A DNA stretch of 46,570 nt, taken from assembly GCA_035528295.1 (NCBI GenBank), contig DATKYY010000050.1, positions 1 through 46,570 on the forward strand, written 5' to 3'. The DNA is from Dehalococcoidales bacterium. GTDB taxonomy: Bacteria > Chloroflexota > Dehalococcoidia > Dehalococcoidales > JAUYDJ01. The position numbers were made by a program, and so were the translations under genes. The notes beneath the pieces are model-generated. The model had not been told where the DNA came from and did no database searches. It saw nothing but the letters and a program-made list of their open reading frames with translations. Positions 8,790-16,288 of this stretch are shown here, in pieces; positions within the stretch are counted from its first letter, which is position 1; the number at the start of each line of letters is the position of its first letter.

Positions 8790-9589
8790 TTTACCTTCTC
8801 CTTTTGCTTCTCTTCTTCACCGGCTTTTTGGCCTATCTTCTGCTGGCGCTGGACAAGCCAGTATATACCGGCCATGGCTGCCGCTACGCCGACGAGCACG
8901 GGGGGCACAGCAGCCATGGCACGCTCCGCATTGATGGTAACCGGTACGGAGGGGAGGGTGGTGAAGCCTATTTCCTCAAAAGGAACCGGGGAGAGATATA
9001 GCCAGGAAGTGCCCCCCACTTCTTGGGCTCCGTAGATGTGGTTTACGTATTTATCCGGGTGTTCGGCAATGCGCCCTTGGGCTTCGGCAATGAGCTCATC
9101 TCGTTCGCCGAACTTCAGAGCGCCGGTGGGGCAGGTGGTTACACAGGCTGGCCTTAGGCCAGCGCCCTGCCGGTCGGCGCAAAAGGTGCACTTGCGAATC
9201 CAGGGAAGGGGCTTGTCCCACTCAAAGTTGGGTATGCCAAAGGGACAGGCTACCATGCAGTAGCGGCAGCCGATGCATTTGCCATCGTCGTAGGTTACCG
9301 GTCCGGCTTCTGTTTTTTCCAGGGCGCCGACAATGCAGGCTTCGGCACAGCCCGGCTCCTGGCAGTGCATACACTGCTGCTTGTTGAAGACCCATTGGAA
9401 CTTGCCGTTGTACTCCAGTTCGGTAAAGTTTATCTTGGTGAAGGTATAAGCCGTCATTCGGGGCGGGTTCTCACAGGTCCCTGAATTGGTAGTCTTCTCG
9501 GCAGGCAGCTCGTTCCACTGCTTACAGGCCACCTGACAGGCTCTACATCCTATGCATTTGGTCGCATCGTATAGTGTTCCTTTACTCAT
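8786..9589 (-). CDS. fdhB: 4x[4Fe-4S] ferredoxin-type electron-transfer subunit (FdnH/HybA-like) with C-terminal membrane helix
   Basis: Four Cys groups (CIGCRACQVAC, CMHCQEPGC, CIGCRYCMVAC, CTFC...C). Hydrophobic helix AAVPPVLVGVAAAMAGIYWLV near the C-terminus. The start is 1 nt after the alpha subunit stop. Confidence 0.9.
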   Translation of the reverse strand: MSKGTLYDATKCIGCRACQVACKQWNELPAEKTTNSGTCENPPRMTAYTFTKINFTELEYNGKFQWVFNKQQCMHCQEPGCAEACIVGALEKTEAGPVTYDDGKCIGCRYCMVACPFGIPNFEWDKPLPWIRKCTFCADRQGAGLRPACVTTCPTGALKFGERDELIAEAQGRIAEHPDKYVNHIYGAQEVGGTSWLYLSPVPFEEIGFTTLPSVPVTINAERAMAAVPPVLVGVAAAMAGIYWLVQRQQKIGQKAGEEEKQKEKVK

Positions 9590-9590
9590 C

Positions 9591-12500
9591 TTATGCCCTC
9601 CTCACATTGCACAGGAATGTCTTGTATTCCGGAATGGTGGTGTTGGCGTCACCCACGTGGGGGGTGAGGATATTGCCGCTATCACCGGTGGCCATACCGC
9701 TGTAGCCGAAGTGCCAGATCACGCCGATCTGGTGAATTGTTTTCCCGGCTACCTGCAGCGGCCGGAAGCGTTTGGTGACCACAGCCACGGCTGTAATGTC
9801 CCCGCGTGCTGAGCTTACGATAACCCTATCGCCATTATTGATGCCCTTTTCCGCCGCCAGCTCCACACCCATCTCAACATACATTTCGGGCATCAGCTCC
9901 ACCAGCCAGGGAAGGTTGCGGGTCATGATACCGGTCTGCCAGTGTTCGGTGCAGCGATAGGTGGTGCCTACGTAGGGGAACCTTTCCGGGGTGCCCCGGT
10001 TGTTCATAAAGGTGCCGACAAAGGAACAGGGGTTATTCTTGGTGAGCGACATCAGGTTTCTATCTAATGGGCTCTCCCAGGGTTCATATACCTCGGGTAC
10101 CGGCCCCTCGGCTAGTCCATAACCCCAGAGACGGGCAACACCTTCCGGCTTCATAATGAAGGGCAGGTATTTCTCTCCCGCCGCAGCCTGATTTATCGGT
10201 GGCCAGCCTCCATCGGGCACATCACCCTGCCATTTGGTATCGGCGGTGTAGTTAAGGATAACCGGATGTTCGCTGTCAAAGGGCTTGCCGTTGAGGTCAA
10301 CGGAAGCCCGGTTGTAGATAATGCGCCGGTTGACCGGCCAGCACCAGGCCCAGTTGGAATACAGCCCGATTTGCTTGGGATGGGCATCTACCGGGTCGGT
10401 CTTCTTGGCTTTATTGCCGGCTTCCTCGGTATACATGTTGCAGTAGAGCCAGTTCCCGGAACTGGTGGTGCCATCATCCTTAAGCGCACCGAAGCTTGCC
10501 GCCAGCTTGCCGGTGGTAAGGTCGTAGCCGTTTATCTCCCTGGCTACGGCGTCGGCAGTGATGTGTGCCCCGTAATTCCAGTCCAGGTTAGTTATGGCTT
10601 CGCGTGCCGGCGCGGCGCTGTCGGCTTGATAGAGCTCCTTGAGCTTGAGCATGACCAGGTTCATAGCCTCAAGGTCAGCCATGGCTTCTCCGGGCGGGTC
10701 CACTGCCTTATAGCGCCACTGTGCCCAGCGGCCGCTATTGGTGATGCTTCCCTCCTTTTCATAGGAGCAAGCCATGGGCAGGATGAATACTTCAGTCTTG
10801 ATATCGGCCGGATTTACCCCCGGTCTCTTCCAGAACTCGGCGGTTTCATTCAGCCATATGTCGGCGGCAACCAGCCAGTTCAGGTTGCCCAGGGCTTCCC
10901 GTTCTCCGTTGGAGTTGGGACCTCCGGAGGCCGGGTTCTGACCCCAGGCCCAGAGCCCCTTGATTTTGCCCTGGCCCATCGCCTCAAACATACCGATATG
11001 GGTGTAGTTTACGCCGGGGTCACACTTGGGCAGATAATTAAAACCGAAGTCATTAGCCCCGGTGGCGGCATTGCCGTACCAGGCTTTGAGCAGACTGACG
11101 ATATACTTTTTGTAGTTACCCCACCAGTTAGCGCTCTTGTCTCCGGCCAGCCCCTGGGGCGTGATGGTGGTCGGACGGGCGCGGTTAAGATAGGCTTCAA
11201 GACTAACGTCGCCTTCTTTGGGTACGGCGAGGTAGCCGGGCAGGATGTGGGCTAACAGGCACATATCAGTCGAGCCCTGAACATTGGACGTGCCACGCAG
11301 GGCATTGATACCACCGCCGGCAACACCCATGTTACCCAGCAGGAGCTGAAGTATGCCGTAGGCTCTGATATTCTGGGTACCATAGGTATGCTGGGTGGCG
11401 CCCATAGCATACATCAGGGTGCCTGCCTTGCCCTTTTGCCCGGTGGCGGTGTAGGTGCGGCAGACCTCCAGATAAACATCCTTCGGGGTGCCGGTAATAT
11501 TACAGACAGTATCCACATCGTAGCGTGAGAAATGCTTCTTGAGCAGCTGGAATACGCAGCTGGGGTTCCGCAAAGTCGGGTCGGTAGCGGGAGTGGTCAC
11601 ATCAGCGTATTTCCATGTTGCCCTGGCCGCAGCGCTGTATTTACTATCTTTCACTTCACCAAATAGCCCCTCGTGGAAGGTAAATCCAGGGTTAACAATA
11701 AGCGCGGCGTTGGTATATTGCTTTACATAATCAATATTGTAGTTTTGGAGGTTTTGCTCCATGTCGTTGAGCACGTAGTTGATCATGCCACCGACGAAGG
11801 CGATATCCGTGCCCGACCTCAATGGAGCGTAGATATCAGCTTTAGAAGAGGTGCGGGTGAAACGAGGGTCAACGTGAATAAGTTTGGCTCCCGCCTCCAT
11901 TGCCTTTTCCACCCATTTAAAGGATATGGGGTGGTTCTCAGCGGCATTGGAGCCGATAATCAGAACGCAGTCAGCGTTCCTGATATCAATCCAGTGGTTG
12001 GTCATTGCCCCTCTGCCGAAACTTTCCGCCAAACTGGCGACAGTGGAGGAATGTCAGAGGCGGGCACAGTGTTCGAGATAAACCACGCCCAGGGCGCGGT
12101 TCATCTTAGCCAGCAGGTAGCACTCCTCGTTATCCAGCTCCCCACCACCAAGGCCGGCGATGGCATCGGTTCGGTTCGCCTTGGCGTTCCAGTTCTGGTC
12201 GCGGGTGGACTTGACTCTCTGGGCGATGGTATCCAGCATCCAGTCCCACGATTTCTCTTCCCAGTCGGTTGAGTTGGGAGCCCGATACAGAGGCTTGGTA
12301 AGTCGGAACGGGTTAAGCTCACCATTTACCTGGTGAACCTGGGACATGGCTAAACCCTTGGGGCACAGCGTCCCCTCATTGATGGGGTGGTCCGGGTTCC
12401 CCTCTACCTTGATGATGCCATCTTCATAGGCGTGTACGATGGCGCCACAGCCTACCGAGCAGTAGCAGCAGATGGTGCTGGTTTCCTTGACTTTCTTTTT

Positions 12501-12617
12501 TAGGGGAAACTCTTTGGGAGCCGCCCAGATGGTGGTATCGGAAAGAAAAGGAAAGGCCACCGTGGCACCGACGCATGCCCCGGACATTTTGAGGAAATCT
12601 CTACGGTTTAGTTCCAA
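9591..12617 (-). CDS. fdhA: formate dehydrogenase-type molybdopterin catalytic subunit, Tat-exported, selenocysteine at in-frame TGA 12054-12056
   Basis: ORFs 12054..12617 and 9591..12032 share one frame. The junction reads [29 protein letters not shown]. Twin-arginine signal NRRDFLK. N-terminal CCYCSVGCG...C [4Fe-4S] motif. TTG start with an AAAGGAGG SD. Confidence 0.88.
12013..12043 (-). promoter_or_regulatory. candidate SECIS hairpin 3' of the UGA
   Basis: In the mRNA, CUGUCG (12043-12038) can pair with CGGCAG (12018-12013), and an internal GCC/GGC pair is possible. The hairpin starts about 11 nt after the UGA. Hand fold only. Confidence 0.4.
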
Positions 12618-12653
12618 AGTTGCCTCCTTTCTGTTGGGCTAAGAAGCCTTGCG

Positions 12654-12700
12654 GGCAATAAAACGGGGACAATACTGCCTTGGTCATTTTGTCCCCGTTT
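12654..12700 (-). terminator. terminator-like or attenuator hairpin between the small membrane-protein genes and fdhA
   Basis: Minus strand AAACGGGGACAA-(16-nt loop)-TTGTCCCCGTTT followed by TATTG, about 40 nt upstream of the fdhA start. Confidence 0.45.
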
Positions 12701-12811
12701 GCCTCAAGATTAGCTTCACTCATTTAATCCTTCTTTATTTGGCTGAAGTGGGCTCTATTAATATTTTATCACTGTCCCACTCAATTCTTCTAGCCAGATG
12801 GTTGATGGCTT

Positions 12812-12988
12812 CTACTTAGCCTCAACCTTAACTTCAGCCTTGGCCTCCTTTTGCTGGGTAACCCGCCTCGCCCTGGCTTCCTTGATGGCGGCATAGGTAC
12901 CGCCGATGTTCAGGTACCATACGAGCACTACCGGGATTATTACGATTGGTGTCATTATCGCTATCGCTACTATAATCTGCCATTCCAT
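12812..12988 (-). CDS. small single-pass membrane protein, 58 aa (paralogue 2)
   Basis: MEWQIIVAIAIMTPIVIIPVVLVWYLNIGGTYAAIKEARARRVTQQKEAKAEVKVEAK. GGAGGAGG SD. Not in the ORF track because it is under 60 aa. About 35 of 58 residues are identical to 13037..13213 by my hand alignment. Confidence 0.6.
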   Translation of the reverse strand: MEWQIIVAIAIMTPIVIIPVVLVWYLNIGGTYAAIKEARARRVTQQKEAKAEVKVEAK

Positions 12989-13036
12989 AATTAATTTATT
13001 GTCCTCCTCCCCGGTTATTTTCTTCTAAAGGCAGTG

Positions 13037-13213
13037 TCAAATCTGTTTCACTTTGACAACTGCTTTAGCCTCCTTTTCCCGGGCAACCCGCCTGGCTCTG
13101 GCTTCTTTGATGGCGGCATAGATGCCACCAACATTCAGGTACCAGACGAATGCAGCTGGGAAAAGGATAATGGGTACGGCTATTATTAGCGCTACAACGA
13201 ATTCCCACTGCAT
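13037..13213 (-). CDS. small single-pass membrane protein, 58 aa (paralogue 1)
   Basis: MQWEFVVALIIAVPIILFPAAFVWYLNVGGIYAAIKEARARRVAREKEAKAVVKVKQI. The internal ATG at 13213 has a GGAAGGAGG SD and gives the same length as the paralogue. The track ORF start at 13321 adds 36 non-conserved residues. Confidence 0.6.
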   Translation of the reverse strand: MQWEFVVALIIAVPIILFPAAFVWYLNVGGIYAAIKEARARRVAREKEAKAVVKVKQI

Positions 13214-13359
13214 TGCCCCCACCTCCTTCCTTTCTTGGCCGTTACTTAAAAGAGAGGGGGAAGGGCGGGGTTTGGAGCTAAGCCGAAGAGAGCTTTTTTC
13301 CTCAATCCCCCCCTTCCTCAAGCCTCAAGTCCAGCCTACCACCTTACCCGCAGACCTTG

Positions 13360-13380
13360 CTTCCGCCGTGATACCTATTT
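13360..13380 (-). promoter_or_regulatory. 21-nt conserved box (copy B), identical to 7464-7484
   Basis: Plus strand cttccgccgtgatacctattt, lying in the divergent region between the small-protein/fdh operon and the response regulator. It is flanked by ccaaaat, TACCTAA (13406-13412) and an inverted TAGGTAA (13430-13436). Confidence 0.4.
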
Positions 13381-13536
13381 AGGGGCGCCAAAATCTAGTG
13401 ATTTATACCTAATCAGGGCAGTCCAGGACTAGGTAATTATGCCTAGATCAGGCGTGAGCCAGTCTAGGGTCGTAACCGGGTTAATACCATAGCTAGCTGG
13501 GGTGTGGTAAAATAGGCAGGTAAGGAGGTCAGCCTG

Positions 13537-14202
13537 TTGGGTGAGATACGGGTTTTAATCGCTGATGACCATGCCGTGGTCCGGGAGGGCACTCGCCAGA
13601 TTCTGGAGCAGGAGCCGGACCTGAAAGTGGTTGCTGAGGCGGCTGATGGCGGTGAGGCAGTGAAGTTGACCGGCAGCAGTAAGCCAGATGTGGCCATAAT
13701 TGATATCTCCATGCCTCGTGTCGATGGCATCGAAGCGACCAGGCAGATCAAGGCTCTCTATCCACAGGTGGCCGTTTTAATACTTACCGCCTATGATGAT
13801 GACCAGTTTGTCTTCAGTCTTATAGAGGCTGGTGCTGCTGGCTACCTGCTCAAAAGTGTGCGTGGCAGTGAGCTTGTTGATGCTGTCCGCGCCGTGTACT
13901 CTGGAGAGTCGGTGCTCCACCCATCGATTGCCCGCAAGGTGCTCAACCGTTTCGTGCCTTCTCTGGGTAAGGGCCAGAGGCAGGAGCCTCCCGAGACACT
14001 CAGCCAGCGGGAGATGGAAGTTCTCCATCTGGCGACTCAGGGTTTAAGTAACCAGGATATTGCCGATAAGCTTTCGCTCAGCCTGCGTACTGTTCAGGCT
14101 CATCTGGGGCATATCTTTAACAAGCTGCGGGTTAGCTCGCGGACTGAAGCCGTAGTACGCGCCTTAAAAGAGGGCTGGATTACTCTTGACGATATACCCT
14201 GA
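13537..14202 (+). CDS. NarL/FixJ-family response regulator (REC plus LuxR-type HTH)
   Basis: RVLIADDH...DVAIIDISMP receiver motifs and a C-terminal LSQREMEVLHLATQGLSNQDIADKLSLSLRTVQAH HTH. TTG start with an AAGGAGG SD 7 nt upstream. Confidence 0.9.
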   Translation: MGEIRVLIADDHAVVREGTRQILEQEPDLKVVAEAADGGEAVKLTGSSKPDVAIIDISMPRVDGIEATRQIKALYPQVAVLILTAYDDDQFVFSLIEAGAAGYLLKSVRGSELVDAVRAVYSGESVLHPSIARKVLNRFVPSLGKGQRQEPPETLSQREMEVLHLATQGLSNQDIADKLSLSLRTVQAHLGHIFNKLRVSSRTEAVVRALKEGWITLDDIP

Positions 14203-14231
14203 AGGTTAAATCAGTTAAGGATACTTGAGGT

Positions 14232-15689
14232 ATGGACGGAACACCCGGGACATTGATAAGCCGTCTGCTCAGGCTCATTAGTAAGCCGGCTTTTTGGCTC
14301 ATTGTAATTTCACTGGCGCTTATCACCCTCCCCCACTACGGGGAAGCCCTGCCCCAACCGGCATTTCTGACTCATGCCACCACCAATCTTGGTCTAACCC
14401 GGCACAGCTTTGAGCGCATTCTCTATCTGGCTCCCGTAGTCTGGGCTGGTTTTTTGTTTGGCTGGTGGGGTGCTTTTATTACCTCATTAGTTGCCCTTGC
14501 CTGTATGTTGCCTCGGGCCATTTTTATCTCGCTAACCCCCACGGACGCCTTATTTGAAACCGCGGCTGTTTTTATTGTCGGTAATGTACTGGCGGTTAGC
14601 TTTGACTCACTACGGCGGGAAAGAGAGCGCCGCGTCCAGCTGGAGGTGACCCAGCAGGAACTGCGGACATCCGAGGAGAGATACCGGGAGTTATTTGAGA
14701 ATGCCCATGATGCTATCTGGCTCCATGATTTGGACAAAAATATCGTGGCGGCTAACCGGGCCTGTATCTCTTTGATCGGATATGAATTGGAAGAGCTATA
14801 CCGCTTGAACGCCAATAGCCTGTTCCCGGCGGAGAGCCTGGAGGTTATCCATGGCATAGAGCAGGGTCTGCTGGGGGGTAAAGCGGTTAGCCCTATTGCC
14901 GAAATAAAGCTTATCCGGAAGGACAAGAGCGAAGCCTTTGTCCAGCTGGCTACCAGTCTGGTTTTTAACCAGGGCGAGCCTGCCGCCTTCCAGCATATTG
15001 CCCGGGATGTTACCGAACAGAGACGGATGCAGGAGAATATGCGTTTCTATTTGCAGCAGGCAATCAGGGCTCAGGAGGAGGAAAGAAAGCGTATCTCCCG
15101 CGAGCTTCACGATAGCACTATTCAGAGTCTGGTGGTGCTCTCGCGCCAGCTGGATACCATGACTTCCGATGATAAAAAATTGCCCGCCGATACCCATCAC
15201 CGTTTGGAGAAACTGAGGCAACAGACCAGTAATATTATGGATGAAGTACGCCGTTTGAGTCAGGACCTGCGACCGGCGGCACTGGAGAGCCTTGGTCTAT
15301 TATCAGTCCTGGAAGGGCTGGCCTCCGATGTTGCCCAGTACTCCGGGGTTAAAACCAGGGTTAATTTGATTGGTACCGAGCGCCGTCTTCCCGAAGAAGT
15401 CGCCCTGGTGCTTTTCCGCATTACTCAGGAGGCATTGCGGAACGTATGGCGTCATTCTGAGGCGACTGAGGCTGAGGTTACCGTTGAATTTGAGCCGAAA
15501 CAGACCAGGGTAACCGTCAGTGACAATGGCAAGGGCTTTGATCTCCCCCAGGCGATAGGCGACCTGGCCCGGGACGGCAAGCTCGGCCTGGCCGGTATGC
15601 AGGAACGGGCCCAGTTACTCGGTGGTACTTTAAAAGCGCAATCCGAGCCGGCTAAGGGGACCAGAATAACCGTCGAGCTACCCTTATAA
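14232..15689 (+). CDS. membrane sensor histidine kinase (PAS, HisKA_3-type H-box, HATPase)
   Basis: N-terminal membrane domain, a PAS region (ERYRELFENAHDAIWLHD), the H-box ERKRISRELHDSTIQSL, and ATPase motifs DNGKGF and GLAGMQERA. Confidence 0.9.
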   Translation: MDGTPGTLISRLLRLISKPAFWLIVISLALITLPHYGEALPQPAFLTHATTNLGLTRHSFERILYLAPVVWAGFLFGWWGAFITSLVALACMLPRAIFISLTPTDALFETAAVFIVGNVLAVSFDSLRRERERRVQLEVTQQELRTSEERYRELFENAHDAIWLHDLDKNIVAANRACISLIGYELEELYRLNANSLFPAESLEVIHGIEQGLLGGKAVSPIAEIKLIRKDKSEAFVQLATSLVFNQGEPAAFQHIARDVTEQRRMQENMRFYLQQAIRAQEEERKRISRELHDSTIQSLVVLSRQLDTMTSDDKKLPADTHHRLEKLRQQTSNIMDEVRRLSQDLRPAALESLGLLSVLEGLASDVAQYSGVKTRVNLIGTERRLPEEVALVLFRITQEALRNVWRHSEATEAEVTVEFEPKQTRVTVSDNGKGFDLPQAIGDLARDGKLGLAGMQERAQLLGGTLKAQSEPAKGTRITVELPL

Positions 15690-15825
15690 TTATATTATAA
15701 TAGTTGCCAGCGCTTATCTTCGGGAACCAAGCTCATCTCGTTGCTACTCATGCCTGCGGAAAACATTCGCCTTGCCCTTTAGCGCCTTTACTTGATATAA
15801 TAGCTATAGCTATTATGACATAAGT

Positions 15826-15902
15826 GGCGCATTCGTCTAGCGGGTTAGGACACCTCCCTCTCAAGGAGGAGATCACCGGTTCGAATCCGGTATGCGCTAC
15901 CA
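15826..15902 (+). tRNA. tRNA-Glu (anticodon CTC), CCA encoded
   Basis: Acceptor GGCGCAT/ATGCGCT, anticodon arm CCTCC-CTCTCAA-GGAGG, T arm ACCGG-TTCGAAT-CCGGT. Confidence 0.85.
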
Positions 15903-15948
15903 GGCTTGACTTTTATTTTAGTTCATTTTTATAATATTGCTTTCAGGT

Positions 15949-16021
15949 GCCCGAGTAGCGCAATGGTAGCGCAACCGACTTGTAATCGGTAGGTTAGTGG
16001 GTTCGAATCCCCTCTCGGGCT
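15949..16021 (+). tRNA. tRNA-Thr (anticodon TGT)
   Basis: Acceptor GCCCGAG/CTCGGGC, anticodon arm ACCGA-CTTGTAA-TCGGT, TTCGAAT T loop. My fold has one T-stem mismatch. No encoded CCA. Confidence 0.82.
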
Positions 16022-16045
16022 GAGGATTTGCTTTGGATAGCTTGG

Positions 16046-16132
16046 GGAGGGGTGCCGGAGTGGTTAATCGGAGCAGTCTGTAAAACTGCCGCCCTAAGGG
16101 CTACGCAGGTTCGAACCCTGCCCCCTCCACCA
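16046..16132 (+). tRNA. tRNA-Tyr (anticodon GTA), long variable arm, CCA encoded
   Basis: Acceptor GGAGGGG/CCCCTCC, anticodon arm GCAGT-CTGTAAA-ACTGC, long extra arm, T arm GCAGG-TTCGAAC-CCTGC. Confidence 0.88.
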
Positions 16133-16193
16133 TCACCCAAAAGGCTCTGGACATTAGTCTATAAAAGTAGCTATAATAGCTAACAGGATTAGT

Positions 16194-16266
16194 GCCCACA
16201 TAGCTCAGTCGGTAGAGCACGTTCTTGGTAAGAACGGGGTCACCAGTTCGAATCTGGTTGTGGGCT
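16194..16266 (+). tRNA. tRNA-Thr (anticodon GGT)
   Basis: Acceptor GCCCACA/TGTGGGC, D arm AGCTCAGTCGGTAGAGC, anticodon arm CGTTC-TTGGTAA-GAACG, T arm ACCAG-TTCGAAT-CTGGT. Confidence 0.9.
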
Positions 16267-16288
16267 TATATGAAGGGGGTTTTACAAA

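Noticed and set aside
10266-11255. 329-aa plus-strand ORF antisense to fdhA.
   Set aside because: It lies entirely inside a strongly supported minus-strand gene. Its Gly/Pro/Val/Arg-rich translation has no motifs or SD. This is typical of a shadow ORF in GC-rich coding DNA.
9591-12617. Split formate dehydrogenase alpha subunit read as a pseudogene or as two separate genes.
   Set aside because: Both parts share one frame and are separated by a single TGA at exactly the conserved Sec/Cys active-site position. The sequence on both sides is intact and highly conserved. Selenocysteine recoding is the simpler explanation.
12701-12811. Moco riboswitch upstream of fdhA (and upstream of mobA at 726-791).
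   Set aside because: I could not recognise the conserved Moco-motif stems or sequence blocks. The mobA spacer (66 nt) is too short. A covariance-model scan would be needed to exclude it fully.
13214-13321. The longer 94-aa version of ORF 13037..13321.
   Set aside because: The extra 36 residues have no counterpart in the tandem paralogue. The internal ATG at 13213 has a strong SD and gives the same 58-aa length as the paralogue.
15826-16266. The tRNA cluster, and tRNA-Gln at 6251-6324, considered as integration sites for a genomic island.
   Set aside because: There is no integrase, no duplicated tRNA 3' end and no att-like direct repeat in the window. The flanking genes are core (tuf, rnc).
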